From Hypanus sabinus (Eukaryota), in contig NC_082709.1 of the NCBI RefSeq assembly GCF_030144855.1, forward strand, positions 149,172,001-149,236,000: a DNA stretch of 64,000 nucleotides, read 5' to 3'. Below the pieces are notes generated by a model. That model was not told the DNA's origin, searched no databases, and saw nothing but the letters and a program-made list of their open reading frames with translations. The position numbers and the translations under genes were made by a program. The first letter of the stretch is position 1. Each line of letters opens with the position of its first letter. Of this stretch, positions 50,940 to 61,870 are shown piece by piece.

Positions 50940-53900
50940 AAAATCCTCCCTTAATTTCTGTGATATTGGTCAATATTTCCAGCAGAATCTCTTTTGGCTT
51001 ATAAGCTTATGAAATAGTTTCAAATCGAATAGCTTAACAGAGCGGGTGCCGCCGTAGGAGGGCTTTGGCTCAACGGGGCTTCGGAGATAACGGGTCAAGG
51101 CGAGACAACAACAGGGAGTATGCCCACGAGGCCGGTGTTCCGATCTCCGCGTCAGATGTGGGAAATCCGGGAGACTCCGGACGGCCACGTCTGCCCCAGG
51201 TGTGTTGAGCTGCAGCACCTTATGCAGCTTGATGACCTTTCTCTGGTCAGGGAAAGTGAGGAGGTGATAGAGAGGAGCGATAGGCAATTAGTCACACCGG
51301 GGCCTTGGGAGACAGATAAGTGGGTAACAGGAGAGGAAAGGGCAAGAGGTAGATGCAAGATTGAATCCTACTGGCTGTCCCCCTTAACAATAAGTACTCC
51401 TGTTTGAGTACTGTTGGGGGGGCGGGTACGGCCGACCTGGGGGAAGTGACAGTGGCCGCGCCTCTGGCAGAGTCTGACCCTGTGGCTCAAAAGGGTAGGG
51501 AAAGGAAGAGGATGGCAGCAGTGACGGGGACTTTATAGTCAGGGGGTCAGACAGGCGATTCTGTGGACGCAGGAAAGAAACACAGATGGTAATTTGCCTC
51601 CCAGGTGCCAGGGTCCGGGATGTTTCTGATCAGATACCCAATATCCCGAAGTGGGAAAGTCAACAGCCAAAGGTCATGGTACATATTGGCACCAACAGAG
51701 GTAGGAAAAGAGAGGAAATCCTGAAAACAGACTACAGGGAGTTAGGAAAGAAGCTGAGAAGCAGGACCACAAGGGTAGTAATCGCAGGATTACTGCCTGT
51801 GCCACGCAACAGAGAGTAATAGAGTGAGGTGGAGGATAAAGGTGTGGCTGAGGGATTGGAGCAGGGGGCAGGGATTCAGATTTCTGGATCATTGGGACTT
51901 CTTTTGGGACTGGCGTGACCTGCACAATAAGGATGGGTTACACTTGAATACAAGGGGGACCAATATCCAAGCAGGGAGGTAGGCTAAGGCTATTGGGGAG
52001 AGTTTAAACTTGATTTGCTGGTGGGAACTGAACTGAAGAGACAGAGGAAGGGGTGGTTGGCTCACATATAGAGAAAGCTTGTAGGCAGTGTGAGAGGGAG
52101 GATAGGCAGGTGATCGAGAAGATATGCACTCAGACTGATGGTTTGAGATGTGTATTTTAATGCAAGGAGTATCATGAACAGAGCGGATGAGGTTAGAGTG
52201 TGGATCAGTACTTGGAGCTATGTGGCCATTACAGAGACTTGGATGGCTTGGGGCAGGAATGGCTACTTAGAGTGCCAGGCTTTAGATGTTTCAGAAAGAA
52301 CAGGGAAGGAGGCAAAAGCGGTGGTGCATGGCACTGCTGATCAGTGGTAGTGTCATGGCTACAGAAAAGGAGGAAGTCATAAAGGGATTGTCTACTGAGT
52401 CTCTGTGGGTGGAAGTTAGAAAGAGGGAAGAGTCAATAACTCTACTGGGTGTTTTTTATAGACCACCCAATAGTAACAGAGACATCAAGGAGCAGATAGA
52501 GAGATAGATTATGGAAAGGTGTAATAATAACAGGATTGTTGTGGTGGGAAATTTTAATTTCCCAAATATTGATTGACATCTCCCTAGAGCAAGGGGTTTA
52601 GAAGGGATGGAGTTTGTTAGGTGTGTTCAGAAAGGTTTTCTGATACAATACAGTATGTAGATAAGCCTACAAGAGGAGAGGCTGTGCTTGATTTGTTATT
52701 GGGAAATGAACCTGGTCAGGTGTCAGGTCTCTCAGTGGGAGAGCATTTTGGAGATAATGATCACAATTCTATCTCCTTTATCATAGCACTGGAGAGGGAT
52801 AGGAGGAGACAAGTCAAGAAAACGTTTAATTGGAGTAAGGGGAAATATGAAGCTATCACACAGGAACTTGGAAACATAAATTGAGAGCAGATATTCTCAG
52901 GGAAATGTACCGCAGAAATGTGGCAAATGTTCACTGGATATTTGCATGGTGTTCTGCTTAGTACGTTCCAATGAGACAGGTTAAAAATGGTAGGGTATAG
53001 GGTATAGGGTACAAAGACTGTAGAAAATCTAGTCAAGAAGAAAAGATTAGGAAAGGTTACAAAAACTAGGTAATGAAATAGATCTAGAAGATTAAAAAGC
53101 TAGCAGGAAGGAGCTTAAGAATGAAATTAGGAGAGCCAGAAGGGGCCATGAGAAGTCCTTGGTGAGCAGGATTAAGGAAACCCCCAAGGTATTCTATAAG
53201 TATGTAAAGAGCAAGAGGATAAGATGTGAGAGAATAGGACCAATCAAATGTGACAATGGAAAAGTGTGTATGGAACCAGAGATACTTAATGTATCTCTGA
53301 GATACATAATGAATACTTTGCTTCAGTATTCACTATGGAAAAGGACCTTGGTGATTGTAGGGATGACTTACAGTGGACTGAAAAGCTTGAGCGTGTAGAT
53401 ATTAAGAAAGAGGATGTGTTTGGAGCTCTTGGAAAGCATCAGGCTGGCTAAGTCACTGGGACAGGATGAGGTATCCCCTAGGTTACTGTGGGAGGCAAGG
53501 GAGGAGATTGCCATGATCTTTGCATCATCATGGGGATGGGAGAGGTTCTGGAGGATTGGAGGGTTGCAGATCCTGTTCCCTTATTCAAGAAAGGGAGCAG
53601 AGATAGCTCTGGAAATTATAGACCAGTGAGTATTACTTCAGTGGTTGGTAAATTGATGAAGAAGACCATGAGAGGCAGGAGTTATGAACATTTGGAGAGG
53701 CATAATATAATTATGAATAGTCAGCATAGCTTTGTGAAAGGCAGGTTGTGCCTTACGAGCCTTATTGAATTTTTTGAGGATGTGACTAAACACATTGATG
53801 AAGGTAGAACAGTAGATGTAGTGTATATGGATTTCAGCAAGGCATTTGATAAGGTACCCCATGCAAGGCTTATTGAGAAAGTAAGGAGGCATGGGATCCA

Positions 53901-54975
53901 TGGGGAAATTACTTTGTGGATCTAGAACTGGCTTGCCCACAGAAGGCAAAGAGTGGTTGTAGATGGGTCATATTCTGCATGGAGGTTGGTGACTGTTGGT
54001 GTGCCTCAGGGATCTGTTCTGGGACCCCTTCTCTTTGTGATTTTTATAAATGACCTGGATGAGGAAGTGCAGGAATGGGTTAGTAAATCTGCTGATGACA
54101 CAAAGGTTGGGGGGGGGGGGTTGTGGATAGTGTGGAGGGCTGTCAAGAGTTACAGCGGGACATTGATAGGATGCAAAACTGAGCTGAGAAGTGGCAGATG
54201 TAATTCAACCCAGTTAATTGTGAGGTGGTTCATTTTGGTAGGTCAAATCTGATGGTAGAATATAGTGTTAATGGTAAGACACTTGGCTGTGTGGAGGATT
54301 AGAGGGATGTTGGGTTCCGAGTCCAGAGGAGGTTCAAAGCTGTTGCACAGGTTGTCGGTGTGGTTGAGAAGACATATGGTATATTGGCCTTCATCAACTA
54401 TAGGACTGAGTTCAAGAGCTGAGAGGTAATGTTACAGCTGTATAGGACCCTACTCAGATCCCACTTGGAGTACTGTACTCAATTCTGGTCATCTCATTTA
54501 AAGAAGGATCTTGAAACTATAGAAAGGGTGCAGAGGTGATTTGCAAGGATATTGCCTGTAATGGGGAGCATGCCTTACAAGAATTGGTTGAGTTCTTACA
54601 AGAAAAAGAGAATTCCTTTTCTCCTTGGAATGACAGAGGATGAGAGGTGACCTGATAGATGTGTATAAGATGATGAGAGGCATTGATCGTGTGGATAGTC
54701 AGGCTTTTTCCCAGGGCTAACACAAGAGGGCACTCTTTTAAGGTGCTTGGGAGTAGGAACAGAAGAGATGTCGGTGGTAAGTTTTTTACGCAGACAGTGG
54801 TGAGTGCAGGGAATGGGCTGTCGGCATCTGTGGTGGAGGCAGATACAATAGGGTCTTTTAATTGAGTCCTGGATAGGTACATGCAGCTTATAAAAATAGA
54901 GGGCTATGGGTGTCTTAGGTAATTTCTAAAGTAAATACATATTCGGCACAGCACTGTGGGCTGAAGGACCTGTAT
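50940..54975 (+). mobile_element. Near full-length degenerate CR1 LINE
   Basis: ORF1 QMWEIRE...HVCPRCVELQHL and VICLPGARVRDV...VHIGTN; ORF2 [52 protein letters not shown]; 3' tail at about 54940-54975. Confidence 0.92.
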
Positions 54976-55467
54976 TGTGCTGCTAGTTTTCTATGTTTCT
55001 AATCTTATCTTTCAGCATTGTTTTTTTTTGAAATCGGGTTTCCAGATAGATTGGCAATGGTTACCTGTCCTTTAAGTACTCATGTCGAGGCAGTCTGAAC
55101 CTTCTTGTGAAGGGACTCCCATTGTGCAGTTAATGGAGATTTTCACATAGTGATGATGGAATTTACAAATTCAACTGAGTATGACCTAAAGGGTAGAGAT
55201 ACTTCTGAGCTGCACTATTATCCAGCTGAAACTGTATTTGTTCTTCCTTCAAACCCATAGTTTGTCTTGTGTCCGATATCCATTATCTAGCTTGTAGTTT
55301 TGTTTTTGTTTGAAAGATTAACTTAAGACTGTTAGTATGAACATGCAATATTAAACTCTCCTGCATTTACCACAGTTATGAAATCCACATAGTAACAGAA
55401 AATGCCGGAAATGCTCAGTAGGCCAGGTTGCATTCTGTCGAGAGAACCAGAGAAGTTGGAAAACAAA

Positions 55468-55819
55468 CACAAGGAAATCTGCAGATGCTGGAAATTCAAA
55501 CAACACACACAAAATGCTGGTGGAACGCAGCAGGCCAGGCAGCATCTATAGGGAGAAGCGCTGTCACCTTTTCTGGCTGAGACCATCAGGACTTTGTCAG
55601 AAAGGGAGCAGAGATAGCTCTGGAAATTATAGACCAGTGAGTCTTACTTCAGTGGTTGGTAAATTGATGAGGAAGACCATGAGAGACAGGAGTTATGAAC
55701 ATTTAGAGAGGCGTAATTAGGAATAGTCCTGACGAAGGGTCTCGGCCCGAAATGTCGACAGCGTTTCTCCCTATAGATGCTGCCTGGCCTGCTGCGTTCC
55801 GCTAGCATTTTGTGTGTTT
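55468..55819. mobile_element. Inverted Penelope pLTR pair enclosing a CR1-derived filler
   Basis: 15-bp TSD aagttggaaaacaaa at 55453-55467 and 55820-55834; filler 55598-55716 matches 53588-53706. Confidence 0.85.
55726..55759 (+). ncRNA. Minimal type I hammerhead ribozyme motif in a Penelope pLTR (best-preserved copy)
   Basis: gtc CTGACGA a gggt-ctcg-gccc GAAA T GTC gac: core boxes, stem II hairpin and gtc/gac stem I. Confidence 0.65.
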
Positions 55820-56094
55820 AAGTTGGAAAACAAATATGTTTCAAATCTGAGAGCAGGGGTGGGTAGAGAGAACATCCGTGAAATGCTAGAGACCAAGGGT
55901 ACGCAAGGTCATTCACTGCTTTCTGAGTGGCTTAATAATGGAAAAATGATGGAAAATAAGAAGAGAAAGAGTAGGAAACAAAATACTGCGCTGGGTCTTT
56001 TGGAGGCAGAGGACATCTTGTATGGAAATCTGCATCATTAAAAAAAAGTTGGAAGTACCCAGCAGACCAAGCTGCATCTGCTGAGAGATAAAAG

Positions 56095-56426
56095 TGGAGT
56101 TGAGGCATATCAGAATTGGCTACAAGGAGTAAAAGATGGTGAATTCAGTGCTGAAATGAAAATCCTGGCAATCATCAAAACCGTCAGATCCTTATTACTG
56201 TAAGTTTGTTTTTAAGTAATTAATGATTCCATTTCTTTTTCTTTTAACAGATTTTCATTGGAAGAATCATGTTTCCAGTGGTATATTTTTACATTTTACC
56301 ATTTTGGCTCACTCCACTGCCCACATATCCCCACAAAACACATTAGATGACTGGGAATTTGCAGGAATATTAGTGACATGGAAAGAAGAAATAGAACTCA
56401 CAGACTTTGAAAGGAAGTATCTCTAA
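56095..56426 (+). pseudogene. Candidate downstream exon remnants (TM-like and terminal) of the right VJ gene
   Basis: GVEAYQNWLQGVKDGEFSAEMKILAIIKTVRSLLL* at about 56097-56203. Strong acceptor atttctttttcttttaacag ends 56250 and is followed by an open phase-1 frame to a stop at 56426. Confidence 0.3.
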
Positions 56427-56582
56427 ACTCAAGACAATGAGGGAAATACTCTCAACATAGCCTAAAAATTGTGGTTATAAGATGTTTTCGTATTTACTAT
56501 GTGAGATTTTGGTGCATTAAGCAATAATGACTCATGATATACTTTTGACCCTCTTCCAATTAGGATACAATTAAGGCCGACT

Positions 56583-57114
56583 GTACACCCAGTGGTCACA
56601 TCATCACATACCTCCTGGACCTAATAAAGCAGTCACTGAGTTTATGTTCCTGGTCTTCTTCACCTCAAAGTTCGACATATGTATTCAGGGATGCTCTTCT
56701 GCACCCCACCGTTATAACGCGTGGTTATCTGAATTACTGTCACCATCCTGTCAACTTGAACCAGTCTGGCCACTCTCCTCTGAACTCTCTCATTAGAAGG
56801 CATTTTTACTCACACAACTGCCGCTCGCTGGGTTCTCCTTTCCACCATTCTTTGTAAACTCTAGAGACTTGTGTGTGAAAATCCCAGCAGACCATCAGTT
56901 TCTGAGAAACCCATACTACCCTGTCTGACATCAATAGGGTCAAAGTCACTTAGGTCACATTTCTTTCCCATTCTGATGTTTAGACTGAACAATTGCATCT
57001 CTTGGCCATGTTTGTCTGCTTTAATTCATTGGGTTGCTGCCACATGATTGGCTGATTAGATATTTGCATTAATGTGCAAGTATACGTGCACCTAATGAAG
57101 TGGCTTCTGAGTGT
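56583..57114 (-). mobile_element. Non-autonomous Tc1-like element
   Basis: tacacccagtggtcac ... aatgaagtggcttctgagtgta termini; reverse complement of the 35970 family. Confidence 0.7.
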
Positions 57115-57509
57115 AGGTTGTAACAACATGGAATGTCAAAATATTAAACATGCTGATTGATAATTTATCTATTGTATTCCAGGCATAATAACCAGTTTGC
57201 ATTACTTATTGACAGTCCTCCGCTACAGTTTATTTGCCCTGCTCTTGTGTTATTTCATTTGTGTTGAGAAATTCTCCTAAACCCAAAACAGAGGTATGTC
57301 TTGCAAGGTTTTGAAACGTGTGCTTGTATATTGTGAAGTTTTCATTCCTAAAAGTTATATTTCTTTATATCAAATACAAAGGCTCCCCAAATACAAATGT
57401 ACTTCTGAAAAGCAGACTAACTAACCTTTCAAATTGTACACTAACCAGTTAAGGATTGAGGTTCGACTTTATTCTCCATATAAATTTACCTGTATTAGGA
57501 ATTTATAAA

Positions 57510-58900
57510 TACAAAAGATTCTGCAGTTCCTGGAAATCTGGAGCAACACATACAAAATGCTGGAGAAACTCAGCAGGTCAGGTAGCATCAATGGAAATGA
57601 AAAAACAGCCAACATTTTGGGCCAAGATGTTTTGGGACTGGATAGGGAGGGGCAAGACATCAGAATAAAAAAGTGAGGTAAGTTAAGGAGGATTGGCTAG
57701 AATGTGCTAGGTGAACTTTGGATATTATTGATGTCCCCAACAGATTCATGGGTGAAGTGTTGCCTCACCCAAAGGAACTGGCGGGGGCCCCGAATAGAGG
57801 TAAGGGATGAGGTGAATGGACAGGTGTAACATTTGTCATTTGCAAGGATATGTGCTAAGAGGGAGCTTAGTGGAGAGGGACGAGAGGATGCTCCATGTGG
57901 AGAGCGGAGAATGAAGATAGATAAAGATCGGTTATGGTTTGCTGGTAGGATCTTGTTGAAGATGGTGGAATTTGTGGAGGATGTATTGGATGCGGAGTCT
58001 CATGGAACGAAGACGAGTAACTCTTGAGATGTCCTCTTTTTCAAAGAGCAAGGTTTCCCTTCTTCCACCATTGATGCTACCTTCACCCGCATCTCCATTT
58101 CCTGGATATCCACACTCACTCCATCTTCCCACCACCTTAACAGGGATCAAGTTCCTCTTGTCCTCAACTACCACCTCATGAGCTTCCATATTCAACACAT
58201 TGTTCTCCAAAATTTCCACCATCTTCAATAGGATCCTACCACCTAACATATCATTTTTGCTCCCTTCCCCCTCCCCCCCAATCCATCCCTCTGGGGTCAC
58301 CTATTGTATACAGTGCTCCTGATGCAGCCTCCTCTACATTGCTGAAACCCGAGATAATTTGGGGGAACGCTTTGTCAAGCACCTTCATTCTATCTGCCAA
58401 AATTGGAAGTTCCTGGTGACCAACCATTTTAATTTCTATCGCTATTCCCATTCCGACATGTCAGTGCATGGCTCCCTCATTTTGCCATGATGAGACCACA
58501 CTCAGGGTGGAGGAGCAACACCTCATATTCCATCTAGGATGGCATGACCATCGATTTCTCCTTACAGTAAAATTTCACCTCCCCCTTCCCTCCTCTTCTA
58601 TTCCTCACTCTGGTCTCTTACCTCTTCTCCTCACCTGTATGTCATCTTCCCCCCGCACCGGTGCCCCTCCTTTTTCTTTCTCCAATGGTCCATTGTCCTC
58701 TCCTATCAGATTCCTTCTTCTCCAGCTCTTTACTGTTCCCATTCACTTGGCTTTACCTATCACCTTGTAGCTAATCCTTTTCCCCCTCCCCCCACCATTT
58801 TATTCAGGCATCTCCCCCCTTACTTTCCAGCCCTGAAGAAGAGTCTCAGCCTGGACTATGTACTCTTTATTCATTTCCATAGTTGTTGCTTGACCATCTC
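57510..58900. mobile_element. Penelope-like fragments in inverted arrangement
   Basis: Minus-strand pLTR and RT tail at 57510-58010, then plus-strand RT/GIY-YIG remnant and pLTR at 58020-58900. Confidence 0.75.
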
Positions 58901-60723
58901 TAGTATTTTGTATTAGGAATTTGTTGTGGTGTATTGGCGCAACATGCAACAAACCAGAACATTCAACCTTTATAGAAATAAAGAATTGTAAAAAAATAAA
59001 CATAGTTGAAGTACAGATGTGGAATAAAATGTGCATAGATACACAATACCAGCTTGTATTTACGAAGTAAACAGCCTTATAAAAGGTGGCTTAAAATGTT
59101 TACAGTGCAATAAATAGAGGGAGCATGGGGTGGCTAAATAGAATAGCTTAACAGATTGACTTCCTGGGGGAAAACTTTTAAAATGTTGTGGTTTTTTTTA
59201 AATTGAGCTAAACAGCTTTGTGGAAGGGAGTTTTCAAAACTGCATTTTGCAGGGTGGGTAGTGTCTGCAATAATTTTTTCTTATCTACTTCCTTGTTCTG
59301 GATTCCTACAAGTCCTGCAGTGATCGTAGACAATCACTGACCTTTTCAGCTGACCTGACAGTTCACTGCAGTTTTCATATATTCTGAGAGAATGATGAAC
59401 CAACCAGACAGTTATAGCTGATGTGAGGATATTCTCTATTGTGACAGTGTAGAATTGCACCAGAATGTTCTGGAGAAGGTGGAGTTATATCAACTTTTGC
59501 AAGAAGCACATCCTCTGCTGAGTCTTTTTGTTCATGAAAGCCTCTCATCATTTCTAAGTAAACTGCTTCTTATTTTTCCCATCAAAGTGGATATTTCTTT
59601 AATTCTCCACACTCCGCACATAAAAAGATGAAGGATAATGGCCTGAAATGTTAACTGTGTTGAACTGTTCAGTGATTTTGGCTATAACTACTTCTGGCAC
59701 TTTGATGTTGCCTCCTCACCTAATTAATCAATACCATTTACAGCACCTGCATCCTCAGAGTTAATTTTCCATTTAACTTTCTTTCACCAGTAAACTTGTA
59801 AATATCACCTGCCCTCATTTAATCTGCTGTTTTTTTTCCATGAAGTCAAGGACAAATCCTTGCTGCACCCTATTGGTAATGTAAACCCAAACAGTGATTC
59901 TGTTTTCTGTCAAGCAATTGTTCCACAATTCATGCTTAAGTTATTCTTGCCCATGCCATTCACCACCCCCACCCCACACTACAACCAATGAGTGCTAACT
60001 GCTTAACAAGCAGCTTATCAAATTTCTTATGAAACTTTACATTGCCGGGTAACACACACAAAACGCTGGAGGAATTCAACTGGTCAGGCAGCATCTATGG
60101 GGAGGAATAAAGAACTTTAGTTTTGAGCTGAGAGCCTTCATAAGGCCTGGAAAGGATGGGGGAAGAAGGTGGGATGAGTGGAAGTACAAGATGGAAGGTG
60201 CAAAGAGTTGGAGAGCAGCACAGATAAAGGGGGAGTAGTCAGAGAAGGTCTCACCAAATTCCTGTCGAAGAGAAGATTTAAATTTCTTCGGGGAAGCATA
60301 CCTCGAAGAGACTTCGCAATGAAGCAGCACATCAATAATAAAAGAGATTCTGCAGATGCTGGAAATCCAGAGTAACAGACAAACATACAAAATGCTGGAA
60401 CTCAACAGGTCAGGCTTCCTTGACTTTTGTTTCCAATCCAACAACACGCAAGAAACTCAACAATATCCAGGACAAAGCAGCCCATTTGATAGGCCCCTTT
60501 TTAATCCCATGTATTCATTCCCTCCACATTCTTACACAATGTATACCAGTCCGCATATCTAACTTGCAGCTCTGACAACAGCTCCTAAACCAATGACCTC
60601 TGCTACCAAGAAGAACAGTAGATGCATACTGTGTCCATGATCTGCATACAAAAATGACATAATGTCCAATTTTGAAAATATATCGCTGGTACTATCAATG
60701 CTAGGTATGGGGGCGGGGGGGGT

Positions 60724-61046
60724 GGGGTGATTGATAAGTTCATAGCCTAAGGTAGAAGGAGTCAATTTTGGAAAACCTAGCACATTTATTTTTTAACATA
60801 GTCCCTTCCTACATCTACACATTTAGTCCAGCGGTCGTGGAGCATACGGATCTCTTCTTTGTAGAAGCTGGCGTCTTGGAGCTCAAGAAGTGGTCCACAG
60901 CAGGGGTGATTGATAAGTTCATGGTCTAAGGTAGAAGGAGGTGAGTTATTAACTTCAAATTTTCTGCATAATCACTCCGAACTGCATGTGCATATAACGA
61001 GAGCTGTTTAGCTCCTTAGGCCATGAACTTATCAATCACCCCTCGT
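60724..61046. mobile_element. Mariner-type MITE with an internal third TIR
   Basis: ggggtgattgataagttcatagcctaagg at 60724 versus ccttaggccatgaacttatcaatcacccc at about 61015-61042; additional direct copy at 60903. Confidence 0.85.
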
Positions 61047-61099
61047 CTATATCCCCACCCAATAGCACTCTCAGAAAACGTTTACTAAAACCACTGCAC

Positions 61100-61870
61100 A
61101 AGTTCAGGAAGGTAGGTTACTATAGTTCTCCCTGGAGCAACTGGGCATGACACCAAAAACTGTCTTTGCCTGTGAGATCCCTATCCAGAAAAATATTTTT
61201 AAAAAAATTTTGTGTTTTATTTTCTCAGTCTTGTGCATCATGGTCAACAGACCATATTTATAATCTCACCCAGACTCCTCCTTTCCAGACCTACAATACA
61301 GTAGGCTTTGTCCTCACTTTCCATTTTATCAGTCTTCCATGGATCATCTACTACATTTTGTTAATTCCAAAGTTGTTACCAAAAGTTATACCTTTTTATC
61401 CTCTGTCTTTATCAAGAGTTTTTTTCTATCTAAGAAGCTCTGCTTTACTCTTTCATCTTCAGCAGTTACTAAAACAACAGCAGGTACTACAACACCTACC
61501 CGGTCTCAAGCTTCAACCATACCATACGTACTTTTTCCAGGTTTGAAAGCGACTTGCTTGCACTTTCAATTTAAAAATTCAACACTTGCTCATGACTCAG
61601 CCCTCTCTAATATTGGGACGGCCAACTTCTGATTTTTGTAACTGCTTTAAAAAACACACCATTCACCCTGCATACACAATCCCAAACTCCCAGTCTGTCA
61701 TCCTAATTCTCCATTCCATTCCTGCTTGGACACCTTTGCGTATTGTACAGTTCTAATGAAACTCAAAGCAAGGTCAAGAAAGAGTACTTCATCCTCCAAC
61801 TGCTACATACTGTATTCCTTCCAGTTTTAATCTGACATTAATTTCTGGGACTGAGTGCTTCTAGCACCTT
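61100..61870 (-). mobile_element. Old L1/Tx1-like ORF2 3' remnant
   Basis: Minus strand KQEWNGELG...GLCMQ resembles the L1/Tx1 C-terminal W..E.G region; heavily degraded. Confidence 0.4.

Noticed and set aside
55040-55260. Possible 3' half of the right gene's C1 exon beyond the CR1
   Set aside because: No frame gave convincing C1 motifs (W, YxCxVxH)
61339-61632. Ser/Thr-rich ORF resembling a mucin stalk
   Set aside because: Lies antisense to an apparent L1/Tx1 remnant; no splice support
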